Assembly (NCBI GenBank): GCA_005879315.1
Contig: VBLC01000046.1
Coordinates: 65,424-129,423 of the forward strand
Origin: Deltaproteobacteria bacterium
GTDB taxonomy: Bacteria; Myxococcota; Myxococcia; Myxococcales; 40CM-4-68-19
Length of the DNA: 64,000 nucleotides
Direction: 5' to 3'
Of this stretch, positions 1-10,904 are shown one piece after another; position 1 is the first letter of the stretch, and each line of letters starts with the position of its first letter. A program made the position numbers and the translations under genes. Under the pieces are notes generated by a model, which did not search any database, was not told the DNA's origin, and was given only the letters and a program-made list of their open reading frames with translations.

Positions 1-1
1 G

Positions 2-205
2 TCCTGGGCGGACGAGAAGGGCGCGACCATCGATCAGGCCGCCGCCCGGCACCAGCGCGTGCTGCGCGATCTGCCGCGCGAGGTGCAGGAGCGGCTCGAG
101 GCGCTGGCTTGCTTCGAGGCGCTCGATCTCTTCGGCAAGGCGCGCGTGGCGCAGAGCGGCGCCAAGCTGGTGGCCGCCGTCGCCGCGCTCCATCCCGGCG
201 AATGA
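2..205 (+). CDS. 3' end of an upstream CDS of unknown function (partial, runs off window start)
   Basis: The frame is open from the window edge to TGA 203-205 and is GC3-rich. Its stop overlaps the rsmD ATG (ATGA at 202-205). No diagnostic motif in the 67 aa visible. Confidence 0.45.
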   Translation, partial: SWADEKGATIDQAAARHQRVLRDLPREVQERLEALACFEALDLFGKARVAQSGAKLVAAVAALHPGE

Positions 206-747
206 GGATCGTCGGCGGAGAGGCGCGCGGCCGCGCTCTGCGGGCCGTGCCGGGAAAGAGTACGCGGCCGACGGCCGATCGGGTGCGGCAAAGCCTCTTC
301 GACGTGCTCGGCCAGCGAATGGACGGACTGGCGGTGCTCGATCTCTACGCCGGCACCGGCGCGCTCGCGCTGGAGGCGCTCTCGCGCGGCGCCGGGCGCG
401 CCTTTCTCGTCGAGAAGGACGAGCGCGCCTTCGAGGTGATGTTCCAGAACGTGGAGGAGCTGGGCTTTTCGGGGCGCTGCACGCTGCTCCGCGAGGAGGT
501 GTCGAAGGAGCTGCCGCGGCTGCGCGGGCAGCAGTTCGACCTCATTTTCTCCGACCCTCCTTACCGGCTGCACGCCGCCCAATCGACCATCGCCGACTTG
601 TCGGCGAACAACCTGGTGGCAAGAAGGGGGCGGGTCGTGCTGGAGATGGGGAAGCGGGAAGAGATGCCGGCGTGCCCCGCCGGGTTGGCGATCATCGACG
701 AGCGCCGTTACGGCGACACGCGCATCGTGGTCCTGCGGGCCGAATGA
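202..747 (+). CDS. rsmD: 16S rRNA (guanine966-N2)-methyltransferase RsmD
   Basis: ORF 109..747 trimmed to ATG 202 ([11 protein letters not shown]). It has the SAM motif [20 protein letters not shown] and the DPPY motif typical of RsmD-type methylases. Confidence 0.85.
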   Translation: MRIVGGEARGRALRAVPGKSTRPTADRVRQSLFDVLGQRMDGLAVLDLYAGTGALALEALSRGAGRAFLVEKDERAFEVMFQNVEELGFSGRCTLLREEVSKELPRLRGQQFDLIFSDPPYRLHAAQSTIADLSANNLVARRGRVVLEMGKREEMPACPAGLAIIDERRYGDTRIVVLRAE

Positions 748-793
748 TTCCGCATTGACCGCGGCTGTTCTCTCCCGCAGGATGCCGCGGGAC

Positions 794-1276
794 ATGCCGC
801 GCATCGCCCTCTATCCCGGCTCGTTCGATCCCCCCACCAACGGCCATCTCAGCATCATCCAGCGCGGCCTGAAGATGTTCGACGGGCTGCTCGTCGCAGT
901 CCTGAAAAACCCCGCCAAGGACTCGCTCTTCTCCGTCGAGGAGCGGGTGGTCTTGCTCAAGGGCGCGGTCGGCGGCGACCCGCGCGTCACGCTCAAGACC
1001 TTCGAAGGGCTCCTGGTGAAGTTCGCCCAGCAGGAGAAGGTCAACACCGTCCTGCGCGGCCTGCGCGCGGTGAGCGACTTCGAGTACGAATTCCAGATGG
1101 CCAACATGAACCGCAAGCTCGACAAGGAGATCGAGACCCTTTTCCTCATGACCGGCGAAGACTACTTCTACATCTCGAGCCGCTTCGTTCGCGACGTGGC
1201 GCGACTGGGAGGCGACGTGACCGGCCTGGTCCCCGGCAACGTGCTGGCAGCGCTGCAGAAGAAGTTCAAGCGATGA
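794..1276 (+). CDS. coaD: phosphopantetheine adenylyltransferase
   Basis: [16 protein letters not shown] is the nucleotidyltransferase (T/H)xGH motif. The length (~160 aa) is like E. coli CoaD. Alternative starts are ATG 782 and TTG 755. Confidence 0.9.
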   Translation: MPRIALYPGSFDPPTNGHLSIIQRGLKMFDGLLVAVLKNPAKDSLFSVEERVVLLKGAVGGDPRVTLKTFEGLLVKFAQQEKVNTVLRGLRAVSDFEYEFQMANMNRKLDKEIETLFLMTGEDYFYISSRFVRDVARLGGDVTGLVPGNVLAALQKKFKR

Positions 1277-2472
1277 ACGCCATTGGCAGGCGGCTCTCGG
1301 AGGTGCGCGCCTCGGCCACGATGGCGATGACCGCGCGGGCCATCCAGCTGCGGCGCGAGGGTCGCGACATCGTCTCGCTCTCGGTGGGCGAGCCCGACTT
1401 CCCCGTCTTCCCCCACGTCGAGCAGGCGGTGGTCGAGGCGCTCCGTTCGGGCAAGACGAAGTACACGGCGCCGAACGGCATCGCGGAGCTGCGCGAGGCC
1501 ATCGCCGACTGGATGGCGCGCGAAGTGGGCATCCGCTGGCCCATCTCGCAGATCGTCGCGACCAGCGGAGCGAAGCAGGCCCTCTACAACGCCTGCATGG
1601 CACTGCTCGACGAAGGCGACGAGGCCATCATTCCCAACCCCTACTGGGTGAGCTACCCGGAGATGGTGCGGCTCGCCGGAGCCAAGCCGGTGGATCTGCA
1701 GTTGCGGCAGAGCGACGGCTGGGCGCCGCACGCGGCCGACCTCGAGCGCGTGCTCACGCCGCGCACGCGGCTCTTCATCTTCTCCAGCCCCTCCAATCCG
1801 ACCGGCGCGGTGTGGAGCGAAGACACCCTGCGCCGGCTCGCCCGCGTGCTCGAGCGCCACCCGCGCGTGGTCATTCTCTCCGACGACATCTACGACAAGC
1901 TCGTCTATGGCGGCGTGAAGGCGACCAACATCCTGCAGGTCGCCCCCGAGCTGCAGGCGCGCACCGTTCTGGTCAACGGTTGCTCGAAGGCCTACGCGAT
2001 GACCGGCCTGCGCCTCGGCTGGGCCTGCGGGCCGGCCGAGATCATCTCGGGCATGAACAAGGTGCAGGACGCCAGCACTTCGAACCCGAGCTCGCTCTCG
2101 CAGCACGCGGCGATCGCCGCTCTGCGCGGGCCGCAGGAGCCGCTCGAGGCGATGCGCGTGCAGTTCGAGAAGCGCCGCCATCTGATGGTCGACCTGCTCC
2201 GCAAGGTGCCGGGCGTCGAGGCGCACGAGCCCGACGGCGCGTACTACATCTTCGCCGACTTCTCCACGCTGCTCGGCAAGAAATACCGCGGCGAGAAGAT
2301 CGGCACGAGCTCGCGGCTGGCCGAGATCCTCCTCGAAGACTTCGGCGTGGCGACGGTGCAGGGGAGCGCTTTCGGCCGCGAGGGATTCCTGCGGCTCTCC
2401 TTCGCTACCTCCGAGCCCGACATCCGCAAGGCGATGGAGCGCGTAGCGCGCTGCGCGACCGCGGTGGAATGA
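1273..2472 (+). CDS. aspC: class-I PLP aminotransferase (aspartate aminotransferase-like)
   Basis: 399 aa with SNPTG and [16 protein letters not shown] (PLP-lysine motif). ATGA overlap with the coaD stop. Confidence 0.85.
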   Translation: MNAIGRRLSEVRASATMAMTARAIQLRREGRDIVSLSVGEPDFPVFPHVEQAVVEALRSGKTKYTAPNGIAELREAIADWMAREVGIRWPISQIVATSGAKQALYNACMALLDEGDEAIIPNPYWVSYPEMVRLAGAKPVDLQLRQSDGWAPHAADLERVLTPRTRLFIFSSPSNPTGAVWSEDTLRRLARVLERHPRVVILSDDIYDKLVYGGVKATNILQVAPELQARTVLVNGCSKAYAMTGLRLGWACGPAEIISGMNKVQDASTSNPSSLSQHAAIAALRGPQEPLEAMRVQFEKRRHLMVDLLRKVPGVEAHEPDGAYYIFADFSTLLGKKYRGEKIGTSSRLAEILLEDFGVATVQGSAFGREGFLRLSFATSEPDIRKAMERVARCATAVE

Positions 2473-2486
2473 GCTTCGCGCTCTGA

Positions 2487-3896
2487 TCAGAGCCGATGGA
2501 TCTGCATCATCGACGCGCCGAAGGTCGGCCGGTTGGGCGGCACCGCCGAAGCGATGACGATCGCCTCGCCGCGCATCGCCTCTCCCGCTCCGACCAGCGT
2601 CTGGGCGATGGTGGAGATGAGGTCGTCGGTGGTCTCGAACGGCTTCGCCACTTTGCGCGCCGTCACTCCCCAGTAGAGCGCCATCCGCCGGTACGCGACC
2701 TCGGAGGCAGTGAAGGCGACGATGCGCGCCTGCGGCCGGTACTCGGCGATCTGCCGCGCCGTCTCGCCCGTGCGGGTATAGACGCAGATGGTGCCGATGC
2801 CCAGCTGCTGCGCCGCCGCCGCGCAGGCGCGCGCCACTGCCGTGGCGAAGGTGCTCTCGCCGCGGTCGAGCGTGGCCTCGGGCAGCGCCTGATAGCGCGC
2901 GCTTCGCTCCACCTCCTCGATGATGGCGGCCATGGTCCGCACCGCCTCGACCGGATGCGCTCCGGTCGCCGTCTCCGCGGAGAGCATCACCGAGTCCGCT
3001 CCGTCGAGGACGGCGTTGGCCACATCGCTCACCTCGGCGCGGGTCGGCTGGGGCGAGACGATCATGCTCTCCAGCATCTGCGTGGCGACGATAGCGATCT
3101 TTCCGTAGTAGTTGGTCCGCTCGATGGCGGTCTTCTGGATGAGCGGCACGCGCTCGAGCGGCATCTCCACGCCGAGATCGCCTCGCGCGATCATCACCCC
3201 TTCGGCCAGCTGGGCGATCTCGTCGATCCGGTCCACCGCCTGCGGCTTCTCCAGCTTGGCGATCACCGGCGTGGTCGGCGCATAGCGCTTGATCAGCCGC
3301 AGGTCGTCGGCGGAGCGGACGAAGCTCATCGCCAGATAATCGACCACGTGCTCGAGGCCGAACTTGAGGTCGTCGATGTCCTTGGGGGTGAGGGCGGGGA
3401 TGGAGACGGGCGTGCCGGGCAGGTTGATGCCCTTGTGATCGGAGACGATGCCGCCGACCAGCACGCGGCATTTCACCTCGCGCTCGGCGATGCCGATCAC
3501 CTCGAGGCGGATGGCGCCGTCGTTGACGAGCACCGGATCGCCCAGCGAGACGTCGTCGGGCAGGCCCTGGTAGGAGCAGGAGAAGCGCTGTGCGTTTCCC
3601 AGCAGATTCGGGTCGCTGGAGATGACCACCTCGCTGCCCGCTTCCAGGTGCGCCTTGCCGCCTTCGATCTTGCCGACGCGGATCTTCGGTCCTTGCAGGT
3701 CGAGCAAGAGCGCCACCGGCCGCCCCGCCAGGTCGGCCGCGCGGCGCACGGCGGTCATCGCGCGCAGGTGGTCCTCGTGCGTGCCGTGCGAAAAATTGAG
3801 GCGCGCCACGTCCATGCCGGCCTCGACCAGCTTGCTCAGCGTGGGCTCCTCGCGCGAGGCGGGCCCCATGGTGCAGATGATCTTCGCCTTGCGCAT
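2487..3896 (-). CDS. pyk: pyruvate kinase
   Basis: 469 aa with MRKAKIICTMGPAS, ARLNFSHG and MIARGDLGVEMP signatures. Confidence 0.95.
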   Translation of the reverse strand: MRKAKIICTMGPASREEPTLSKLVEAGMDVARLNFSHGTHEDHLRAMTAVRRAADLAGRPVALLLDLQGPKIRVGKIEGGKAHLEAGSEVVISSDPNLLGNAQRFSCSYQGLPDDVSLGDPVLVNDGAIRLEVIGIAEREVKCRVLVGGIVSDHKGINLPGTPVSIPALTPKDIDDLKFGLEHVVDYLAMSFVRSADDLRLIKRYAPTTPVIAKLEKPQAVDRIDEIAQLAEGVMIARGDLGVEMPLERVPLIQKTAIERTNYYGKIAIVATQMLESMIVSPQPTRAEVSDVANAVLDGADSVMLSAETATGAHPVEAVRTMAAIIEEVERSARYQALPEATLDRGESTFATAVARACAAAAQQLGIGTICVYTRTGETARQIAEYRPQARIVAFTASEVAYRRMALYWGVTARKVAKPFETTDDLISTIAQTLVGAGEAMRGEAIVIASAVPPNRPTFGASMMQIHRL

Positions 3897-3941
3897 GAAT
3901 CGCCGAGCCTAGGGGCAAGAACCCCAAGCCGCAAGCTACTG

Positions 3942-4487
3942 TCAGATGCCCTGCACGGGCGTGGGCGCGGCGGCGCTGCGCAGGCTGCGGGCCCCTCTCG
4001 GCTCTTCCAGTTCGGCGGGCGAGATCGCGACCGCCTCGAACATCGCCGCATCGGCGACGATGGGCGCGCCCGCCTCGAGCGCGAGCGAGAGCGCGTCGGC
4101 CAGCGGCGCCTCGATGCTCAGCTGTTGCGAGCCGCTCGACAAGATCAGGTGCGCGCGCAGCGCCGGGCCGGAGAGATCGTCGATCGAGGCGCGCAAAATC
4201 CGGCCACCCAGCGCTTCGATCGATTGCGAGAGCAGCGAGGGCGCGATCCTCGTCTTCAAACTGCGCTCGATCTGCGCCGCCTCGGCGCGGCCGAGCGGCA
4301 GGGGCAGTCGCCGCGCGCCGTCGTTTTCTCGGAGGATCAAGACCGGCATGCCGCCCTGGAGCCGCACCACCTGCTCCGCCTTCAGCTCGACGGCCGCCGT
4401 GACAGCCGCGGGTTGCAAGAGCTTGCAGAGCCCGCCGAGAGCGCAGCCGAGAAGAACGAGCAGGACGAAGCTGCCTCGCGGGACCAT
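3942..4487 (-). CDS. bifunctional-nuclease (DUF151/BFN)-like domain protein with lipoprotein-type signal
   Basis: The N-terminus FVLLVLLGC is lipobox-like. The core MPVLILRENDGARRLPLPLGRAEAAQI resembles the BFN-family pattern, and the downstream RPxTHD-like motif looks degenerate. Confidence 0.6.
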   Translation of the reverse strand: MVPRGSFVLLVLLGCALGGLCKLLQPAAVTAAVELKAEQVVRLQGGMPVLILRENDGARRLPLPLGRAEAAQIERSLKTRIAPSLLSQSIEALGGRILRASIDDLSGPALRAHLILSSGSQQLSIEAPLADALSLALEAGAPIVADAAMFEAVAISPAELEEPRGARSLRSAAAPTPVQGI

Positions 4488-4532
4488 CCTTGAAGGAAGG
4501 TAGCGTGCGCGCCGGCGGAAGGAAGCCCCGGC

Positions 4533-4862
4533 CTACTCCATCTCGGCAACCTCTTCGTCCTCTTCGTCCTCGTCCTCGCTGTCCTCTTCGTCGAGCAGCG
4601 CGGCCTTGCGCGAGACGGCAGGCGTCTCGTCGTAGGGCGGAGGCATGTCCTCGCTGTTCACCTCGACCGAGGCGGTGAACTTGCGGCGGAGGGGTGCCAG
4701 GGCTGCGAAGACCTCCTCGAGCGCACCGACGACCGCCTCCACCTGCTCCTCGGGCGCGCGAGTACCGCAGCCGGGACAGCGCAGGGTGGGGTCGGTCTGG
4801 ACGTCGGAGACGTCGAGCGAGAAGGACTCCTCGCACTTCTGGCACTGGAATTCGAGCTGCAT
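4533..4862 (-). CDS. small zinc-ribbon protein with acidic C-terminal tail
   Basis: The CxxC...CxxC pair (CQKC ... CPGC), GGAGG 7 nt upstream of the ATG, high GC3, and a D/E-rich tail (EEDSEDEDEEDEE). Confidence 0.7.
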   Translation of the reverse strand: MQLEFQCQKCEESFSLDVSDVQTDPTLRCPGCGTRAPEEQVEAVVGALEEVFAALAPLRRKFTASVEVNSEDMPPPYDETPAVSRKAALLDEEDSEDEDEEDEEVAEME

Positions 4863-5052
4863 GGCACTCCCTCCGCGCGATGTAGGTGCTCGAACGGATG
4901 CCAGAGCATAGTCATGGCGGCGCTGGCGGGAAGGGGGGCCCGCAACAATTCTTCAGCAGTCGGGCCGTGGACATTGACGCGACGCGCTCGCGGCGTTGGC
5001 GGGGACAGTCCGACGCGCTATCTTGCGCGCCCCTCCACGAGAGGACCCCGCC

Positions 5053-6381
5053 ATGCCCAGCGCCGCGCCGCAGATTCCCAAGGACGGACAGCGAATCGAG
5101 CAGAAGAACGGCAGGCTCTCGGTGCCCGAGCGGCCCATCATCCCTTTCATCGAGGGCGACGGCACCGGCTCCGACATCTGGCGCGCCTCGCGGCGCGTGC
5201 TCGACGCGGCGGTGCAGAAGGCGTACGGGGGCAAGCGCAAGATCGCCTGGGTCGAGGTCTACGCGGGCGAGAAGGCGAAGAATCTCTTCGACAACTGGCT
5301 GCCCGACGAGACCGTCGAGACCTTCCGCCAGTATCTGGTCGGCATCAAGGGGCCCTTGACGACTCCGGTGGGCGGCGGCATCCGCTCGCTCAACGTGGCG
5401 CTGCGGCAGATGCTCGATCTCTTCGTCTGCCTGCGCCCGGTGCGCTGGTTCAAGGGCGTGCCCAGCCCGGTGAAGCGCCCCGAGAAGGTCGACATGGTCA
5501 TCTTCCGGGAGAACACCGAGGACATCTACGCCGGCATCGAGTACGCCGCCGGCACTCCCGAGGCGGAAAAGGTTTTGCAATTCTTTGCAAAAGAGTTTCC
5601 AAGAGAATTCAAAAAAATCCGATTCGGAACGCGCGAGGCCGGCGAAGGCTGGCAGAAACAGCTCGAGGCGATCGGCGCGCGCAAGCGCGAGGCGACGGTG
5701 CAGGTGGGTCTCGGACTCAAGCCGATCAGCTATCTCGGCACCGAGCGGCTGGTGCACAGCGCCATCAGTTACGCCGTCCAGTTCAAGCGCAAGAGCGTCA
5801 CGCTGGTGCACAAAGGCAACATCATGAAGTTCACCGAGGGCGCCTTCCGCGACTGGGGATACAAGGTCGCCAAGGAGATGTTCGGCGCGCAGGAGATCGA
5901 CGGCGGCCCCTGGTGCAAGCTGCCGCAGGGGATCGTCGTCAAGGACGCCATCGCCGACATCACGCTCCAGCAAGTCCTGACGCGGCCGGAGGAGTTCGAC
6001 GTCATCGCCACGCCCAACTTGAACGGCGATTATCTCTCCGACGCCCTCGCCGCGCAGGTCGGTGGCATCGGCATCGCGCCGGGCGGGAACATCAACTACG
6101 TCACCGGCCACGCCATCTTCGAGGCGACGCACGGCACCGCGCCCAAGTACGCCAACCAGGACAAGGTCAATCCCGGCAGCGTCATCCTCTCCGGCGAGAT
6201 GATGCTGCGCCACCTGGGCTGGAACGAGGCCGCCGACCTGATCGTCAAGGGCATGGACGGCGCCATCGCCGCCAAGACGGTCACCTACGACTTCGCCCGG
6301 ATGATGACGGCCGAGGGAGAGAAGGGCGTCCGCGAAGTGAAGTGCTCCCAGTTCGGCGAGGCGATCGTCGAGCACTTCTGA
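5053..6381 (+). CDS. icd: NADP-dependent isocitrate dehydrogenase (homodimeric type)
   Basis: [51 protein letters not shown] and [15 protein letters not shown] 4996 trimmed to ATG 5053 ([15 protein letters not shown]). Confidence 0.95.
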   Translation: MPSAAPQIPKDGQRIEQKNGRLSVPERPIIPFIEGDGTGSDIWRASRRVLDAAVQKAYGGKRKIAWVEVYAGEKAKNLFDNWLPDETVETFRQYLVGIKGPLTTPVGGGIRSLNVALRQMLDLFVCLRPVRWFKGVPSPVKRPEKVDMVIFRENTEDIYAGIEYAAGTPEAEKVLQFFAKEFPREFKKIRFGTREAGEGWQKQLEAIGARKREATVQVGLGLKPISYLGTERLVHSAISYAVQFKRKSVTLVHKGNIMKFTEGAFRDWGYKVAKEMFGAQEIDGGPWCKLPQGIVVKDAIADITLQQVLTRPEEFDVIATPNLNGDYLSDALAAQVGGIGIAPGGNINYVTGHAIFEATHGTAPKYANQDKVNPGSVILSGEMMLRHLGWNEAADLIVKGMDGAIAAKTVTYDFARMMTAEGEKGVREVKCSQFGEAIVEHF

Positions 6382-6392
6382 GGCGATCGGCT

Positions 6393-6420
6393 GCGTGTTG
6401 CCGTCGGTACCGCAACACGC
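6393..6420 (+). terminator. hairpin after icd (candidate intrinsic terminator)
   Basis: Perfect 9-bp stem, GCGTGTTGC (6393-6401) pairing with GCAACACGC (6412-6420), with a 10-nt loop. It lies 12 nt after the icd stop and is followed by TAAAGAG (weak U-tract). Confidence 0.55.
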
Positions 6421-6423
6421 TAA

Positions 6424-7517
<1,094 letters not shown>

Positions 7518-7540
7518 GTTCGTAACCTCCTAAAGCAATC

Positions 7541-7569
7541 TTGACAGTTACACTACGCTGAGGTACATA
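7541..7569 (+). promoter_or_regulatory. sigma-70-like promoter for the CGNR gene
   Basis: TTGACA (7541-7546), 17-nt spacer, TACATA (7564-7569). Confidence 0.55.
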
Positions 7570-7578
7570 ACCTGTCAA
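7550..7578 (-). promoter_or_regulatory. sigma-70-like promoter for the small membrane ORF
   Basis: On the minus strand: TTGACA (7578-7573), 17-nt spacer, TAGTGT (7555-7550). It fully interdigitates with the plus-strand promoter. Confidence 0.5.
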
Positions 7579-7602
7579 GTGCATTTTGAAGGTTACGAAC
7601 CG

Positions 7603-8220
7603 ATGAGCAAAGACCTCTACGAATATGAGTACGTCGGCGGCCGGCCCAGCCTGGACTTCGTCAACACCGTCGGCGGCCTGCGCCCGGCGAGCGCCAGCGA
7701 ACACCTCGTCGCCTACGGCGACCTGATCCGCTGGGCGCGCCAGGCGCGGTTGATCGACTCCCGGCGCGGGCAGGCGCTCCTCGCCGAGGCGGCCCGGCAT
7801 CCGCAGCGCGCCGAACAGGCGGTGGAGAGCGCGCGGCGGGTCCGCGAGGCGCTCCACGACCTGATCCTCTCGGCGCTGCGCTCGCGCCGGCCGCCGGCGC
7901 AGGCGCTGGAGCTGGTGAACCGCTGGATCGCGGATGCGATGTCCCGCCGCCGCCTGATCCCGCGCGGATCCGGCTATGAGCTCGACTGGCAGGAAGAGCC
8001 GGGCGACCTTCTCGCCTTCCTCATTCCCCTGGCGCTCGATGCGGCAGAAATCCTCTCCGGCGAGCTCGAGCGCGTGCACATCTGCGATGAGGCCGAAGTG
8101 GGCCGCTGCGGCTGGCTCTTCCTCGACGAGACCAAGAACCACAGCCGGCGCTACTGCACGATGAAGGAGTGCGGCAACCGCGCCAAGCAGCGCCGCTTCC
8201 GCCGGCGGCTCAGCTCCTGA
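7603..8220 (+). CDS. CGNR zinc-finger (ABATE-domain) putative regulator
   Basis: The C-terminal RRYCTMKECGNRAKQRRFR is the CGNR zinc-finger motif, and the N-terminal LDFVNT is ABATE-like. ATG 7603 has GAAGG upstream; an alternative GTG is at 7579. Confidence 0.85.
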   Translation: MSKDLYEYEYVGGRPSLDFVNTVGGLRPASASEHLVAYGDLIRWARQARLIDSRRGQALLAEAARHPQRAEQAVESARRVREALHDLILSALRSRRPPAQALELVNRWIADAMSRRRLIPRGSGYELDWQEEPGDLLAFLIPLALDAAEILSGELERVHICDEAEVGRCGWLFLDETKNHSRRYCTMKECGNRAKQRRFRRRLSS

Positions 8221-8266
8221 GCCGTTCGTTGCGGGCGTAGTCCTCATGCGCTATGACGCGCGCGCA

Positions 8267-10144
8267 ATGCCCGAACGATACATCGTGGTGGGAGGCGGGC
8301 TCGCCGGGCTGATGACGGTGATCAAGCTCGCCGAGGCGGGAAAGCACGTCGACGTCTTCTCCATCGTGCCGGTGAAGAGAAGCCATTCGGTCTGCGCACA
8401 GGGCGGAATCAACGGGGCGGTCAACACCAAAGGCGAGGGCGACCACCCGGACATCCACGTCAAAGACACCTTGAAGGGCGGCGATTTTCTCGCCGAGCAG
8501 CCGCCCGTCAGGGGCATGTGCCACGCCGCGCCGCAGATCATCTACCTGCTCGACCGCATGGGCGTGCCCTTCAACCGCACCAGCGAAGGGCTGCTCGACT
8601 TCCGCCGCTTCGGCGGCACGCTCCACCACCGCACCGCCTTTGCCGGCGCTTCCACCGGACAGCAACTGCTCTACGCGCTCGACGAGCAGGTGCGCCGCTA
8701 CGAGAGCGAAGGGCTGGTGCGCAAGTTCGAATACTGGGAGTACCTGAGCTTCATCAAGGACGAGCAGGGCGCCTGCCGCGGCATCGCCGCCATCGACCTG
8801 CGCACGATGCAGATCGAGGCCTTCGCCGCCGACGCCGTCTGCCTGGCGACCGGCGGACCCGGCATCGTCTACGGCCGGAGCACCAACTCCACCATCAATA
8901 CGGGCAGCGCCAACGGCCGCAGCTACATGGACGGCGCCATCTACGCCAACGCCGAATTCGTCCAGGTGCATCCGACCGCCATTCCCGGCGAAGACAAGCA
9001 CCGGCTCATGTCGGAATCGGCGCGTGGCGAGGGCGGCCGCGTCTGGGTGCCGAAGCAGAAGGGCGACAAAAGGCTTGGCAGGGAGATCCCCGAGAACGAG
9101 CGCTGGTATTTTCTCGAGGAGAAATATCCCAAGTATGGCAACCTCGTGCCGCGCGACGTCGGCTCGCGCGAGATCTTCTCGGTGGTGAAAGACCTGGGCA
9201 TGGGCGTGGGCGGCGAGGACGTGGTCTACCTCGACGTCACGCACATCCCCGCCGCGACGCTCGATCGAAAGCTCGGCGGCATCATGGAGATCTACGAGAA
9301 ATTCCAGGGCGTCGATCCGCGCAAGAATCCGATGAAGATCTTCCCCGCCGTCCACTACTCGATGGGCGGGCTGTGGGTCGACTACGAGGCCGACGGCAAG
9401 AACGACCTGGTGCCGGGCAGCCCGCGCCAGCAGTCGACCAACATCCCCGGGCTGTACGCCACCGGCGAGTGCGATTACGCCTATCACGGCGCAAATCGCC
9501 TGGGAGCAAACTCGCTCTTGAGCTGCATCTACGCAGGCATGATCGGCGGCCCGGCGATGATCAGCCATGCCAGAAACGCCGCGCCGAAGAAGGGCGACGT
9601 CCCCGCCTCGCTCTTGCAGGGTGCCAAGGGGCAGTGGGCGGAGCGATTCGACAAGATCTACAAGATGGAGGGGCCGGAGAATCCCTACCTCATCGGCCAG
9701 CAGATGGGCGAGTTGATGGTCAAGGTCTCGACGGTGGTGAAGAAGAACCCCGAGCTCGACGACGCCGTCGTCAAGATCCAGGAGATGAAGGAGCGCTGGA
9801 AGAAGTGCTCCGTGCTCGACACCGGCCGCACCTTGAACCAGAGCGCGACCTACCTGAACCAGCTCTGGAACATGCTGGAGATCGCCCACCTCAATCTGGT
9901 GGCCTCGCGCCTGCGCGACGAGAGCCGCGGCAGCCACTACAAGCCGGAGTTCGTGCTCCCCAAGCCGAAGACTTCGCGGCCGCAGGACGACAAGGAATTC
10001 ATGGCGGCCTGGAAGGCGCGCAACGACAAGTGGCTGAAGAACAGCATGGGCAAGTGGACGTCGCAGGGTCCGAGCGTACTGTTCCAGGATCTGCAGAGCC
10101 TGAAGAATCCCATCCTCGCCCCCGAGCCGCGGCACTATGACTGA
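8267..10144 (+). CDS. sdhA: succinate dehydrogenase/fumarate reductase flavoprotein subunit
   Basis: YIVVGGGLAGL FAD fold, RSHSVCAQGGI (covalent-FAD His), HYSMGGL and GANRLGANSL. The length resembles the Bacillus-type enzyme. Confidence 0.95.
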   Translation: MPERYIVVGGGLAGLMTVIKLAEAGKHVDVFSIVPVKRSHSVCAQGGINGAVNTKGEGDHPDIHVKDTLKGGDFLAEQPPVRGMCHAAPQIIYLLDRMGVPFNRTSEGLLDFRRFGGTLHHRTAFAGASTGQQLLYALDEQVRRYESEGLVRKFEYWEYLSFIKDEQGACRGIAAIDLRTMQIEAFAADAVCLATGGPGIVYGRSTNSTINTGSANGRSYMDGAIYANAEFVQVHPTAIPGEDKHRLMSESARGEGGRVWVPKQKGDKRLGREIPENERWYFLEEKYPKYGNLVPRDVGSREIFSVVKDLGMGVGGEDVVYLDVTHIPAATLDRKLGGIMEIYEKFQGVDPRKNPMKIFPAVHYSMGGLWVDYEADGKNDLVPGSPRQQSTNIPGLYATGECDYAYHGANRLGANSLLSCIYAGMIGGPAMISHARNAAPKKGDVPASLLQGAKGQWAERFDKIYKMEGPENPYLIGQQMGELMVKVSTVVKKNPELDDAVVKIQEMKERWKKCSVLDTGRTLNQSATYLNQLWNMLEIAHLNLVASRLRDESRGSHYKPEFVLPKPKTSRPQDDKEFMAAWKARNDKWLKNSMGKWTSQGPSVLFQDLQSLKNPILAPEPRHYD

Positions 10145-10904
10145 GAAGGTCGTCGTCCGCATCGAACGCAGCCATCCGCACCGCTGGGAGGAGTTCCACG
10201 TCGAGCGGCGGCCCAACGCCAACGTCATTTCGGTGCTGATGCAGATCCAGCGCAATCCGCTGACCGCGGACGGCCAGCGGACCAGCCCGCCCTCCTGGGA
10301 CGCTGCCTGCCTCGAGGAGGTGTGCGGCTCCTGCACGATGAACGTCAACGGAAGGGTGCGGCAGGCCTGCTCGGCGCTCATCGATCACCTCGAGCAGCCG
10401 ATCACCCTTTCGCCGATGAAGAAGTTCCCGCTCGTGCGCGATCTCGCCGTCGATCGGCAGAAGATGTTCGACGCCCTCAAGCGCGTGCGCGCCTGGATCC
10501 CCATCGACGGCACGTACGATCTCGGCCCCGGCCCGCGGCAAGCGCCGGAGGATCAGGAGATCAACTACGTCCTTTCCACCTGCATGACCTGCGGCTGTTG
10601 CCTCGAGGTCTGCCCGCAGGTGGGCGAGAGCGCCGCCTTCATCGGAGCGGCGGCCATCTCGCAGACGAGGCTCTTCAACAATCACCCCACCGGCCGGATG
10701 AACGCCAGCGAGCGATTGCGCGCGCTGATGCCGGAAGGCGGCGTGGCCGACTGCGGCAAGGCCGCCAACTGCGTGCAGGCGTGTCCCAAGAACATTCCGC
10801 TGACGTCGTCGATCGCGGAGATGGCGCGTCAAACTACGCGACAAGCGCTGCGCGACTGGTTTTTCCACGACGAGAGCAAAGGCAGTGTGATCACCGTCGC
10901 TTGA
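10137..10904 (+). CDS. sdhB: succinate dehydrogenase/fumarate reductase iron-sulfur subunit
   Basis: Cys clusters CLEEVCGSC, CMTCGCCLEVCP and CGKAANCVQACP. 8-nt overlap with sdhA. Confidence 0.95.
   Translation: MTEKVVVRIERSHPHRWEEFHVERRPNANVISVLMQIQRNPLTADGQRTSPPSWDAACLEEVCGSCTMNVNGRVRQACSALIDHLEQPITLSPMKKFPLVRDLAVDRQKMFDALKRVRAWIPIDGTYDLGPGPRQAPEDQEINYVLSTCMTCGCCLEVCPQVGESAAFIGAAAISQTRLFNNHPTGRMNASERLRALMPEGGVADCGKAANCVQACPKNIPLTSSIAEMARQTTRQALRDWFFHDESKGSVITVA

Larger units (their letters stand above)
7518..7600. repeat. quasi-palindromic intergenic region (11-bp and 7-bp inverted repeats about a common centre)
   Basis: GTTCGTAACCT (7518-7528) is the reverse complement of AGGTTACGAAC (7590-7600). 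TTGACAG (7541-7547) is the reverse complement of CTGTCAA (7572-7578). Both pairs are centred at about 7559. Confidence 0.9.

Noticed and set aside
1168-4845. Very long ORFs in the six-frame track. Examples are 1168..4845(-) of 1225 aa, 4912..6519(-), 6526..8247(-), 8210..10381(-), 20070..22301(-), 28824..31460(+), 45002..47146(-), 54002..56098(-) and 60269..62188(-).
   Set aside because: All of them overlap, antisense or out of frame, genes with unmistakable conserved motifs. Their translations are Arg/Ala/Gly/Pro-rich low-complexity strings typical of stop-poor shadow frames in high-GC DNA.
4845-4870. Sigma-54-like TGGCAC/TGGCAT/TGGCAA motifs, given the NtrC-type activator in the window. They are at about 4849 (plus strand), the reverse complement of about 4890-4905, about 31494, and upstream of the outer-membrane barrel gene at 24825-24868.
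   Set aside because: In each case the GG-to-GC spacing is off by at least 1 nt from the strict -24/-12 geometry, or the TTGC element is missing. Some of them lie inside coding sequence.
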